DNA of 64,000 nt. It comes from Dimorphilus gyrociliatus. Lineage: Eukaryota > Animalia > Annelida. A model generated the notes under the pieces. That model had not been told where the DNA came from, searched no databases, and worked only from the letters and a program-made list of their open reading frames with translations. The first letter of the stretch is position 1. Each line of letters opens with the position of its first letter. The translations under genes were made by a program, and so were the position numbers. Shown here one piece after another: positions 13,601 to 26,781 of this stretch. Where the stretch lies: the NCBI GenBank assembly GCA_904063045.1, contig CAJFCJ010000002.1, positions 1,696,422 to 1,760,421 on the forward strand, written 5' to 3'.

Positions 13601-16600
13601 AACCAAAAAAGAAATGAAAAAAAAAGGAAAAAATATTATAATGGCTGTAAAGAAAAAGCTCTTTTTTTTCTTTTTAAATATATATACTAATATATATTAG
13701 TATGTGAATAATTTTTGTGACGATGATAAAATGAGTAAAATCAATAATAATAATAATTAAAATAATAATTTTTTATGACCAAAATATGAAGAATGATCAC
13801 GAAAAAAAATAACATTATTTCTATTTAATATTCAAAATCACCTCATTCTTTATACTGTTAATTAACTCTTTAATGCTTATTTAATTAATTATTATTATTA
13901 TTGGTATGCGTTATTACATCTTTTTTTTTGTTTTATTGCTTTTTTACAGATCTATATAACTTGAGGAGTTTTCTTCTTCGGTGATTCACGGGATTTATTC
14001 TCTTTCGGTTTTGAGGTTAAGTTCCCGAAACTGATATTAAACACAACAAACTACAATATTTAAGAAGGTATATATGTTCTAGATGAAATTCTAAACAAAA
14101 TATAGCTAATTTGTTAAAAAAAAAATTGATATTCTTTTTATAAAATTTAAGCCTAATTAAAAATCTTTTACAGTTATATTTTCGACATTCTGAAGTATAA
14201 TTTTTTTTCGTATGCGTTATTTTTAAAATTTTTAGAAATATTACTCACATATTCCAAACGGAGCTCTTGGATTTTGGCCTTGTCAAATCTGGGTGCTCTT
14301 TGGAGGCTCTCAGCATTTCTGTCCATCGGACGGCTTCTTGTAGTTCCATTAAGCGTTCTTTGTACTGATTTCTTTCAGTAATAACTCTTGCCATTTCAAC
14401 TCTTGTGAAACGTTTTCTCTGACCGGTGGGAAGCTCATCCTCCTTTACGGAATAAACATCAGCAACATATGAAAAATCGAATTTAGTATTGATTTTACAA
14501 ATATTCTTTTTACTTTATCTTCAGCATTTGCAGCCTTTATTTTTTCAAATTCATCTTTACAGATTTTCAATTCATTTTCTAATTCACTAATTCTCTTTGT
14601 CAATTTTTCTTTAGTATTCTGCAGATTATTTATTTCTTCTTTCGTAATCTCTTGTTCGCTAAATTATATATTAATTTAGAACTTTTTCAAAAATATAAAA
14701 ATTATATAAAAATAGTAGAAAAAGTGAAAAACCTTGTTAGTTCATCAACTTGGGCAATTAAATCATCCTTAACAACATTAAGAGCATTTCTGTAAAACAC
14801 AGAGACTATAAATAAGTTTTCGTAAACCAGACAAGACACACAAAAACTATAACTATATGAAACTACTCACTTAGTTGCCAGCAGTTCTGTATTTTCAAGA
14901 ATTAAATTCTCAACTTCCTTTCCCATTCCTGTTTAAAAAAAAAATAAAAAAATATTTTAAAAAAAACTATATTTTAAACAAAAAAATTACATTAAAAAAA
15001 CCCTGAAATAGCAACATAGACGATACTAAACATGAAAAGTAAACATAAAACGAAAGTATAAAATATAAAAAAACAAAAGTAATAAATCAACTTTTAAAAT
15101 TTTGTCATCAGTTTTCTCTCTTTTTCATTTTTATTTTTAGTATTAATTTTATTACTTTGAAGAAAAGGAAAAATTTAATAATTGAAGCTTCAAAAAATAA
15201 GCTGAAAGCTTTGTGATCTTACCGTAAAATGTATCACTTACTGCGTTGGATAAGCATGAAGTTTTACAAAAAAATAAATTTTTTATTATTGAAATAAACT
15301 TTTTGTTCGTTTCTAATTAATTTAAAGCTCAAAACCATCAAAAAGATTTATAAATAAGCCAAAAATTTGTAAAAATAGGCATATGCAATATATTATTAAT
15401 CTATCTAAAAAAAATATCCAAAAAAGAAACAAATTTAGGATAAGGGAATTCAGAATAACGACATTCATTATCTTTTTTCTTAAGTTTTGTTCTATTTTTT
15501 TTTACTTAAAAAAGGGTTCGACTTATCAAGGAACAATACTTTAATTTCGGAAGGCAAAATAAGATAAATATTCTCATTTAAATCGCAATTAAAAAATAAC
15601 AAGACAACATCGTTATAACAAATTGATAGAATAAACACACCCGAAGATGCGTAATCGCCTGGACTTATCAATCGGGCTGCATATTTTGCAAAAATTAACG
15701 ATTGAATATATATATAAAGATATATATATATATATATATGTAAAGTATATATGCTATCTATTGCCTTATATTTAATGAAAATTGAAAATATAGTTAATTA
15801 ACATGAACATTTGCAGATTTCTTTTTCTTTTTTAAACTTGAATACCCTAATGGAAAATTATGATATAACCTGCTAATTCTAGTTTGTCTTCTTTGGTACG
15901 CTCTGTACTTGGATATGATACTTCTTCGTAGCTTACGTTTCCCGCTTGTTTCCTATATCAACAAATAATAAATAATCACTAAAGTAACGATAAGGAATAA
16001 ACAATATATTTGGAAAATTTACAGTCCAAGGTATAAATAATTACTTACTGTCGAAGTGGATTGTTTTCATTAATTGATGGGGAAGGTAAATCGTCTCCTA
16101 TTGAACGTAAACATTTATAGCTATATTAATAAAATGTTTGAATGTTAAGGCACTCTAAATTTTACCAGACAATAAAACATCTGAGGAAATAAGAACATGC
16201 ATTTCGTGCTTAGTATTTTTTTCATTAGAATTTACTGTCTCAAAAGATTCTGTTTCAACTGAGCTTTTCGTTTCGCAGACCATTACATTTTCATTTCCCC
16301 TGGCTGAAATGTTTTCTTTAAAATGTATTCTTAATTTTTTTTTTATATATACTCTTATACAGATACGTCTCCATTATATAAAAAAAAAACTGCAATTAGA
16401 TTATTAAACACTGTTAATTTATATGAATCACAAAACTACAACAAAAGGGAAATTATTTTGTAGCATTCTAACTAATTGTTTAATTAATTACCTTCTGCAG
16501 GTTCACATTCATTTGGCTTTTCACTATCTTCCATTTCAGATTTGTCAATATTCTGCTAGTTAAGTATTTTGTAAAATATTACATTTTAAAGGTATCGTAT

Positions 16601-17596
16601 ATAAAACTAACTTGCATTTCATTCTTCAAACTCGTAACTGGATTTACTTTCTCAACAGGGGTTGGCAAACCGGGAATGTCATCAGGAGTCTTTCCTCCAG
16701 CTAGAGCTAATGAATCGGTGTCATATAGGCCCATTTGAGAATTAACAGGCCGTAACTGGGGCAATGTCATTTGGCTTCTAGAGTTTAAGGAGGAAATATA
16801 AAAATTTCTATAAAAAGATGCTATTTCAATTAGTGACAAAATTACTTTTTAGTAGATACAGGAGAATCAATTATACGATCGGCAGTCATAAATAGTTTTG
16901 TTTTTTCCATATAGTCCATATGAGTTTTAAATAATTCTGTATATCTGTCATGTAATTTAGAATATTCATCTTTCAGTTCCTTTTCCTTCTCTTCCATTCT
17001 TGATACTGTAATTTATATCAATTATTTATTTATTATACCATATATATGTATTACATTAATATTTAATAGTTGATAATTTCCTCAATAATATAATATTTAT
17101 AAATATTTTTGTGCTAATTACATAATTAGTCCAGGCCTAAATCTGTTTTTCATATTGACTTAATTTACTACTGACCCTGATCTTGAACATTCTTCGTTTT
17201 CAACTCGAACATCCGAACACTAGACTCTAAACTTTCAACTTTGTCATGCAGCCCTCTTCTCTCCTCATCAAAATTATCTTCTATTTCTAATTGTTTCTGT
17301 TCAATAACCTTACGCAATTGTTTTTCTCTTTCATATTGAGTTAATAGTTGCTCATTATCTTCCTTGAAAAGTTCCAAATCTACCTCTTGTTCTTGTCTTT
17401 CAGTATAGGCATTGTCTAAGTTTTCAAGAATACCTATCACCAAAGGCATAAGCGTTTGAACTACGTCTTCGTCATATTTAGCAATCATTCTTTCAAATTC
17501 TCCGTAAATGTTCGACGCTAACGTGCGAACCTTTTCAGACATGACATGAGCGTCGTTGTCAGTACGGTAAATTGTTTCACTTGTGTCGGTTTCCAT
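10661..17596 (-). CDS. MAPK8IP3: JNK-interacting protein 3/4 (Sunday driver/UNC-16), multi-exon
   Basis: RH1 (MSEKVRTLASNIYGEFERMIAKYDEDVV...YEREKQLRK), LZII ([37 protein letters not shown]), RH2 (QEAVRWTEMLRAS), WD40-like C-terminus (TMWLG, VWISIKLDSTLRLFH, LIPYCSMAQSQVSFHGH, SNLIVWQV). JIP3 versus JIP4 cannot be resolved. Confidence 0.95.
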
Positions 17597-17753
17597 TGAG
17601 AATGTCAGTTTGTCTTTGATAGTAAGAGATATCTAGCTAGTGATATATAGTTATATTATGAAGAAAAATACAAAGGAAGAAACAGCGTAATTTACAATAT
17701 GTTCATATTTTCGTCATCTGAGTCATTCTTACAATCTTTACTCTCATATTAAA

Positions 17754-17764
17754 TAGGTGGCGCT
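17754..17764 (-). promoter_or_regulatory. CTCF-like motif AGCGCCACCTA in the JIP3/EXOC8 divergent promoter
   Basis: Plus-strand TAGGTGGCGCT; identical 11-mer also at 51598-51608; resembles the CTCF core. Confidence 0.45.
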
Positions 17765-18044
17765 TATAACATCCCTTTTATTTTTATTAGATGAATCTTT
17801 TACTCTTGGCGGTATATTCAAAAAGTAAAATATTGTATTAAATCTTCTGGTACCTTTTCCAACCTTTTCTTTATCTATTTAGCTTAGATTCAACAGTCTT
17901 TTACTAGTTCAGTTTAAATCGATAGTTTAAAGAAAACAAATAGTTGAGAACGTAACGTTTGTTTTAATGTAAAAAATAAATAATTCATTCCTCTCAGTTT
18001 TAGTAAGACCCAGTCTTTGACTATACACAAATTTTATAACTAAT

Positions 18045-20936
18045 ATGGAAGCGGAGAATAAGCCTCCACCCTTAACTCCTTCGAAAGAAGGATTGGGTCG
18101 ACTGTTAGGACAAGAAAAGTTCTCACCAAAAAAATGTATATCATCGAGTCCTTCTTTATATACATTGATTTATTTTGGGGATGAGTGATAATACAGCTTT
18201 TAGAGGGTTACGCCTCTGACATAAACTTCTTTTTTGTAGGGCTTCAAAAACAATTACAAGCTAGGCAATATCAAGATCGTGAAGTAGGCTCACTAAGAGG
18301 AGACATATACGATATATCACAAGATACAGCATCAAAACTCAAGCGTAATGTCTACGAAAATTACAATCGATTTATCGAAACAGCAAAAGAAATATCCGGT
18401 TAGAACAAAATTTTGTCATATAATTTAGTTAATATCAATCTATAAATATTACAGTTTTGGAGAACGAAATGTACGAACTTATACATATGCTTAGTGATCA
18501 AAAGGCTTTATTATCATCGCTTCTGGAAACATCAATGCTATCAGAGAAGAACGGTGGTACTTCAGAAGTTCAAGATAGTATGAAAACGAATGAAAATTCT
18601 GATAATTATAAATATCAGAGTCTTGCATATTTATTAGAAACAGTTGAAAGTTGTCCAGTGAGTACTGATTTTATCATCTTCCATTAAAAATTACTTAATT
18701 TTATATAAATTGAATTATTTAAAGCCTCTGTCAGATGTACCAAATAGATATTTACTACACGATGGCAAATTAAATAAATTGGACTGCCAAACCTACGCCC
18801 AGACAGGCGAAGTTAAGGCTTTTCTACTTAATGATAGATTTATCTTGGCTGAAAGAATCGATAAAAAGTACATAATAAAAAATAAAACTGATTTGAATAC
18901 TTTATTAAGAAAGAGTCTAATGTATTGTTTTCCCATTTGAACAGAAGCTCTCAAGATAAATATCGGTTTGATTCAATTTTCGAATTGGAAAAATTGGCTG
19001 TAGTTAACGTAAAGGATTCGGATAAATTAAAGAATGCATTTCAAATACTCGACTTTCCGAATACTCTTTTGTTTTCGGCCGATTCCTCAAAACAAAAGGT
19101 TTATTATTATTTCTTAATTATCAACTATTTTTAATTCATTTTTCGCATCTGCTAGAATATATGGCTAGAAAAAATTGATATTGCTAAGCATGCTATAGCA
19201 GTGAAGTCTATAGAAGCAAAACTAAAAGAGAATATGTTAGAAAGCGAAGATGAGTCGTATTATGACGACGAGTTTGACGATGATAATCGTAAGATATATA
19301 TATATATATAATGCTATATTTGACTAAGCTATCTATAATAATACATTTTTATCAGCTTTTCGCGATTCACCAAAGAAATCTAATACCAAAGCTAAAACTG
19401 AGAGAGAAAAAATTCTTTCCTGGTTACAGGACGCACCTGATGAATTAGATGTTGCTATTGCACAAAGGCACTTTGATGAAGCTGTAGATATTATAGAGAA
19501 AAGTAAGTTCCAAGAAAATACTAAATGCTTTGAAAAATTTAATTATCTGTTTTTTCATTTTCTATTATTTATTTAAATAATAGTAAGGAAATTTATTCAA
19601 GATAATCCTAAGGATTCCATTTTTACGGAATACGCGTAAGTTAATATTTTTTGTATAGTTTATATTTAGTAACATAATATATTTGTACTATCAGATGTAG
19701 AATCGAGAGAAGAGAAAGTAGCTTGGTAGAAATTTTAATGAACGAATTAAAAGCTCCACCTGAGAGGTCTGTGAGAGGAGGTCCACTTTTCGCAAAAAGG
19801 GCTGTATCACAATTAATCCGATTAGGAAAGTCATCAAAAGTAAAAATAAACGTTATTAAAAGTCGGTACATGTTATATACATGTTTTGTTTTATCTCATA
19901 GGCTTGTCAACTATTTCTTGAGAATCGAAGCTCATTAAGGAACTTTAATCTTGAACAGATAAAATATGATGGAGTTACTCAAAGTTATATTCAAAAGATA
20001 ACGGGCGTATACTTTAAATCACTATTAGAAAGTGGTCTTCTCTTTGAAAAAGCTTTCCAAAAAACTCCTCAATGCCAGAGTGCTTTTATCTCTTGGTGTG
20101 ACAAAGAAATTAAAAGCTATGTTATACTATTCAGGGATAGGTTATTATTAATGAAGGCAAACTTGTCAACAACTGCAACATGTATAGCAGATGCTAGAAA
20201 ACGCTTAAAAGAACTAGAAGAAATTGGACTATCATTTGAATACTTGTTTGATATGCTACTTAGAACTGATTTTTGTAAGTTAGTTGATGAATGCCAAGAA
20301 AAACAGCGTGAAATTATATCAATTGATTCTAAGGTATATTATATAGATATAGTTCAAATTTATTTAAAAATTATAATTATTGCTAAAATATCCTTTTTTT
20401 TTCATATTTAGCATGAGAATCTTTGGAGGCCATCAAATCTTCAAAATTCTCAGCAATTAACAGAATTCGAAAAAGAATTAGAGAATTTAGGTTTTTCAAC
20501 AATTAAACAATATAGTTACGGTAAAAAATTATTAATTTATTTACATATTATTTCTAATAAAGTATGCTCTTATTTTTTTTTTAGATTCCTGTTTTAGTCA
20601 TCTGTGTTCAGCAACAGTAAAATTTGTAAGAAATATAATAGTCGTTCTTAATGATTTGGAGAAGATAAAATGCGAATCAATCTATTCAAGTGTTGTAAAT
20701 TGTTTTTCAAGTTTATTGAAATTTCAATATGAAAGTTATGATAAAATTGCCAAGGAGCAACATGAATTGGTAATTTTTTTTCTTTTATCATGTACTCTTC
20801 TTTAATCTTTTATTTTCTACTGCAAATCTAGAGAACTACAATTGAAATGAATAAGAAATTCTTTAAAAAAGACCTAATGCCATTTGTCACCAATAGAATT
20901 AACAAAATGGGAATTGTCTATAATTTGTCAGTATGA
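18045..20936 (+). CDS. EXOC8: Exocyst complex component 8 (Exo84), multi-exon
   Basis: LKRNVYENYNRFIETAKEISVLENEMYELIHMLSDQK, PH domain (AFLLNDRFILA; LAVVNVKDSDKLKNAFQIL), APDELDVAIAQRHFDEAV, AVSQLIRLGKSSKACQLFL. ATG 18045, TGA 20934-20936. Confidence 0.93.
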
Positions 20937-20971
20937 GAATTGAAGAATTTATTAAACTGATAATTTTTTAA

Positions 20972-20972
20972 T

Positions 20973-21025
<53 letters not shown>
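20972..21025. repeat. (CA)n(TA)n microsatellite
   Basis: Short CA run followed by about 20 TA units in the EXOC8 3' region. Similar (TA)n tracts occur near 15710, 33540, 34915, 35220, 35350, 45695 and 62161. Confidence 0.95.
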
Positions 21026-21026
<1 letters not shown>

Positions 21027-22383
21027 TGTATATTGATAAATATAATATAATAATAATATATAAATATAATATACCATATTAATGTAAATCTGTTATCTAT
21101 ATTTCATATTTTTATAGAGAAGCTCAATTTATGGCTGTAATGTTACGTTATTTATATAACTAAATATTCTACTATATTCCACTTTAGTCCATTATATTAG
21201 AAAGACCTCTTTGGCGATGACTTCTCTTTTGATTGGAAGATTAGGCAGATTCATTGAGTTAAATCTTTGATTAGCAGCAGCCATCTGTCTTGTCTTCTTT
21301 GATAAGCTTTTCCAGGGAATTGATCACTTTTGTCATCAACTTTTTGGCCTGATATTCGATCCTCACTTATCCATCACGTGAACGTCACTAAAGCAATCAA
21401 AAACGTTCCCATATTACCAACAGCTCTGTATACTGTCAATAAAAATCTTTAAAAGATTCGACGATTATATATCGAATAAGGAGAATCTTAACAATAGTCA
21501 CATTAAATATTTCTTTAGTAATTTCCTCTCAGAATCGCGTCCTGCGATGCATTTAAGTTGCGATACCTTAGTCTATATATCTTCCTTTAAGAGACATATA
21601 AGTCTCTGAATAAATATAATATTTATAGGTATTTGAGATCTTGGCTGGCTTTGTCCATAGAGTTTGCAATTCACAGTCATCTTGGAGAGAAATATATTAA
21701 CAACCAGCCTCGTGTTTGATAAAAATAGCAGTAATTCAATATCCAGCGGCGGCCTAACCCTTATGAGGGTACAGTCGAATGCTTACATAGGACAGTGTAT
21801 TCCCCTGTAAAGTTTTATAGTCCCGTCTACAAATATTGATTCTCTTAAACAAAAATCAAAGACCTTGACTGCTATGGATTCTAATATTGTTTTGACAAAA
21901 GCTATCATATTTTACAAGCTTTCTATATGGTATATTTGCCTAATTGCAAACAATTATCTTATCAATATTCTTATAGTTAATAATTCCCTGGTAAATATAT
22001 TCACTATTCGTTTTTTATTACAAGGCTGTTTATATTTACTCTTCACACAGTAGGCTTATTTTAATTACATGTATCAAATTCTCCCCATCCAAAAATACTT
22101 TGTAGCATTTCTAAAATATTTCACATATTCATAATAATCTTGAGTAAAATTTGCATATTAATAAGTTTTCAAGTCGGTTCCTATTACAGTATTCGCTTTG
22201 AGAGATAGGTTGACGATATATTAATTTCATTATATGTAAATTGTTTGGAGATTTTTAATAAGTTTAGGCCATTATAAATGTTTCTTTTACAAACTGCTAT
22301 TATCAGATAATATAGACAAAAATCAATCTCAAAGACAATGTAATAGTTTTATTTAGATAAAAGAAAATCTTAACTTGAAAAAT

Positions 22384-22725
22384 AGAAGAAATATAACGAA
22401 TTGAAAAGTTCTAATCTAAAGAGAGCTAGTTGCAATACGAAGATAGTGGTCTAAGCTCTCTTTCTGTCAATCTATTTATTCTTCTTTCTTTTCCTTCTTT
22501 TTTGTTTGCCTATTTCTAAGTAATCTTTTCAGTTTGCTTCCAATCGCCTATCTCCTCCAGATTTTATTAATCAGATTGACTATTCGCCATCGAAAAGGCC
22601 TAAGTTTATTAAACTAATGTATCCTTTTAAGATAAACAAAAAGACAATAGAATTTTAGAGATTGATTAACAATTACTCTCTAAATGATTTATCCAAAGTG
22701 CGAATGCATGGTTTGCCACACATTC
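22384..22725 (-). pseudogene. Possible decayed leucine-rich-repeat gene fragment
   Basis: One minus frame reads ...ECVANHAFALWINHL...INRLTERELRPLSSYCN*LSLD*NFSIRYISS, LRR-like but broken by many stops. It lies in a ~3 kb interval with no intact gene. Confidence 0.3.
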
Positions 22726-23295
22726 TCTAATTAACAAATCTAATTATGATAAAGTTATGGGTGTTGTTAGGTAATTATTCTGTCAACTACTTGTACCATT
22801 TATCTATAATAAGAAATTCCAAGTTCAAGGTCGCGAAATTTAACTATAAAATATTCTTCTATCCAATAATACCAGGGTTTGTCGTTGGTAATTCAATAGT
22901 ATTATTTGGAATTGATCTTTTGATTCATTTAAAACGTAAACAATTATTGACAGCTAATTCTTATTGGAATATTAGAAGTTTAATGGTTTATTTTCTAAGA
23001 TAAATCTATAAAGACTATTTAGAATTTTACACTAGACAAACTCATCTAATGTCTTTTTGCTGTATATTCGATAGAATGTTTTAAGTGTTACAACTAAAAA
23101 TCCTTTCAGAGGGTAACGTATTCGTACGCTCAATATAGATGAGAACAGAGATGAGAAGATATAGCATGCCGATCAAGAGTTAAAAAATGCCTGTGTCGAT
23201 GACATAAACAATCTGCTTTCAAATAAATATCTTCTTTCATAAAGTATTTATATATGAAGGCTTTTTTCCTGTCCCTAAAACAAATCTTCAAATTG

Positions 23296-23310
23296 TAGCG
23301 CCATCTGTAG
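23296..23310 (+). promoter_or_regulatory. CTCF-like motif TAGCGCCATCTGTAG
   Basis: Matches the AGCGCC(A/C)(C/T)CT core, in a gene-free interval. Confidence 0.35.
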
Positions 23311-24129
23311 TCTCAATTGTTTAAGTATTTACGACAATTTTAAGCATATAGCGTAATAGATCTCCATAATAATAAAGTAAAGTTATAAAAGTTTATATTT
23401 TTGCAACATACATTATTTATTTATGAATTTCTTGCGAAAAGAAGAATCAAGTTTATAGATCTATTCAATTTTATTGATCTTCCTTATTACATCTCTTTAG
23501 CGTAATTAGAGTACCGAAATTTTTGTTTTATCCTTCCATTATAGCCGAATAAATGAATAATTTATATTTTGGAGAAGTTGTTTTTTTAATACCGGCTGAA
23601 AGATTTCTCTAACTCCATAACTTAGTCATAACGTTAACCATCGTTTGAAATCTTAATTGAATGAAATTCATATTGCATCTAATGCCAATTTGTCTTATAG
23701 AGGATCCATATCTCTTCTTTTCCAGTTAGTTCTTACTCTATCACATTCAATTTTTTTTCTTTATAAACATACCATTTCGAAGTTTACAACTCTTCCACTA
23801 GAAGCGCGGCAAGTCTTGTATATAAGCTATATATTTTATCTAAAAGTAATATTAGTGTTTAGCGATTCTATCTAAATTTATTATAAAACTAGTTTATCAG
23901 TTAATATCTGTTAATGTTAATTTTTATATATTGCTCTTTAATTGTGAGGGAAAAAAAGGATTTTCTCAAATGACGATACTAGTTTGAATGAGTTTTTTAT
24001 TTTCGTTTTGCGATTTTACTTCGTTCCAGTCATAATATTAACATGAAAGTACTTACAAATTCTTCTGAGTCTCATAACTTTTATTTTAGTTTGATAAAAA
24101 ACTAAATAGACTATATTGCAGCTTTTAGA

Positions 24130-26468
24130 ATGTCAGAGAGTGAGGAGGATTTGAATTTATTACAATTGGATGGTAGCAGTGATGTAAGTTATAATTTAAC
24201 GGTATTCCTTTAATATAGTGAAATATTTAATGTAATTAGAAAAAAAAACACAAAAAAAAAGAAAAAAAAGAGAAGAAAAAGAAAAAGAAGAAGAGTAAGA
24301 AGAAATGGAAAAAAAAGAACTTGGATTCTGATTCTTCCGATGTAAGCTATTATTACATTCTTTTATTCATTTGGAAACTTCTGCATTTAGTACTAATTGC
24401 CATTGAAATATAAAAAGTAATTAATCTTAAATTACTTAGGATTCATCCGACGAATCCACTAAAGATGAAAAGGAAGCCGAACCTGTTAAGGTTTACACAG
24501 CACCTGTAAAGGTAATTTCAGTCATGTAAATAAATATTCATCTACATAGATATAATGTTATATCAGAGAGATGATTGGATGCTTGGCCTTGGAGGAAATG
24601 ACGGGTTTGGCAATTTTTCGGATAATAAATGGAGCTTTCAAAGGCAAGCTAAAGAAGACAAGAAGGAACCAAGTGCAATTATTGAAAAGGCAGGTGTTAT
24701 TTAGTAATGATATTCTTCCGCTTATTGTATGACTATATTAAATGACAGCCGGGACAAAATTCCTTGGAATTAAATCCTTACTGGAAAGATGGGGGAAGTG
24801 GACTGCCTCCTGAAAAGGAAGTTGAAGAGAGAGCTCCTAGAAAAAGTAAATTTCTTCGACCAGGTGATTCACCACCTCCATCTTATTACAGCCGCCCTAT
24901 AAGTCCTTCGAGCTCTCAAGAACCTGCTAGAACATCTTTTGGGGCCAGCACGTCATCACATAACGAAATTTTTCCCACATCCTTTGGCGTCGAGAGGCCT
25001 CCACCACCGTATGTTGAAAGAACAGAAGAAAAACAATCAGCTGAACCAGCTCCCCAGATGACAAGAGATGAAATGAATCGCTTAAGTGCTAGAATAATGA
25101 AAGCAGAGATGATGGACGACAAAGTAAGTACCTTAAATCTGAACTGGAACACACAAATAAACTTTACAATCATAGGAAACCGTTGAAAAACTCAAGAGTC
25201 AGTTAGAAGGTGCGAGGAATGCACTATCGGCTGCAGAAGCTGAAAAGAAAGATAATACATTACTTTTGACAAAAACCGACAAATATGGAAATGTACGCCC
25301 AATGTATAAGGAGGAACTAAACAAAGATAACGATAAAAGACAGTGGAATAAAAAAAGGAAAAAAGCTATGGATACTCATGCGGCTGGAATGAGGAAAATA
25401 TATTTTGCTGATGATAATAAATATAGTCTGGACGATCTTGTTCGCCAGGAAAAATTAGGCGATACAGAAGATCAAGAAGCTTCAATGTTAAAGATGGCTT
25501 CTAGGAAACGATGCGATGATTTTGAAGACGAATATTTAGAAGGAGCTGTTAAGCATCATGATAAGAATATAGAAAAGAGGCAGAGAAGAGCAGAGAAGGA
25601 AACTATAAAACGAGCACAAATGTTAGAAAGTTGTAATAAATGCCTACAAAATGCAAATAAGAAGCTTATGATAGCTGTTGGGGAACACAGCTATTTGTCT
25701 CTTCCCTATCATACATCTCTAACTGAAGGTCATTGCTTCATTGTTCCTTCATCGCATGCATCATCTGCAACAACGATTGATGAGGATGTTTGGATGGAAA
25801 TGCAGGTAACATTTTACAATAAACCGAATTGCCCCTTTTATTAGTTATTAATCTTTCTTTTGTTATAGGCTTTTCGAAAGAGTTTGGTGAGAATGTACGA
25901 GAAAAATGATGAAGATGTTATCATCATGGAAACAAGTTTGAAACCAGGATTTCATATGGCTTTAGAGTGCGTGCCGGTACCAAGAGAAATTGGTGATTTG
26001 GCTCCTATATATTTCAAAGTATAATTATTAAAATATCCCGAAAAACATATGTATTACTAATTAGTCGTTATAATTATAGAAAGCTATTATGGAAGCTGGA
26101 CCCGAATGGGCACAGAATAAACGTGTTGTAGATTTAGCAAAGGGCATAAGAAATTCTGTATGTTATGATTTTGTTATAATATTAGTATATTCACTAAAAT
26201 TTATACATTCAAACGTCAACAGGTACCAAAAGGTTTCCCTTATTTTGCTGTTGACTTTGGTCTATCGAGTGGTTATGCTCACGTTGTTGAAGATTTAAAT
26301 TTATTCCCAACATACTTTGGTCGAGAGATTGTAGCAGGTATGATGGACTTGGAACCTCGATTTTGGAGAAAACCTAAACCAGAAAATACGCTACAAATAG
26401 AAGAAAAGGTAAAGAAATTCTCCGACGTATATCAAGAATTCGATATAACGAAACCAACCGACTCTTGA
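24130..26468 (+). CDS. CWF19L2: CWF19-like protein 2 (spliceosome), multi-exon
   Basis: RDDWM, ELNPYWKDGGSGLP, CwfJ domains (SLTEGHCFIVP, DEDVWMEMQAFRKSLV, GDLAPIYFKKAIME, PYFAVDFG...FGREIVAGMMDLEPRFWRK). Exon 4 has a frame problem (see findings). Confidence 0.93.
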
Positions 26469-26781
26469 ATGCTTTGAACTATGTATTATTTTGTTTTTTT
26501 TTATAGACTATTGTACAATTAAATAACTTTTTAAAGAAATATTTTCGTATACGTATTCGCTTAATTAAATACTTGAAATATTAACATTTAACTAAGACAC
26601 TACAAAGTTGTTTCATAAGCAATCGTATTTTTAGTTAGAGAGTCTTAAATTCTACAAAAAAAAAGAATTTGTAAGGTATCGGCTATTGCCGCCATTCTGC
26701 ATCTTTTACTATAACTATACGAATAAAAAATCCGTTAAAAGCATTTTTCTTATTTAAATATTGGACTAACTTTCGTTCTTT

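Noticed and set aside
22418-22463. 10-bp inverted repeat AAAGAGAGCT/AGCTCTCTTT (pre-miRNA-like)
   Set aside because: The stem does not extend, and several such repeats are expected by chance in 64 kb of AT-rich DNA.
22619-22628. GTATCCTTTT, a perfect U12-type 5' splice site
   Set aside because: It is not at any exon boundary, and about one chance hit is expected in a window of this size and composition.
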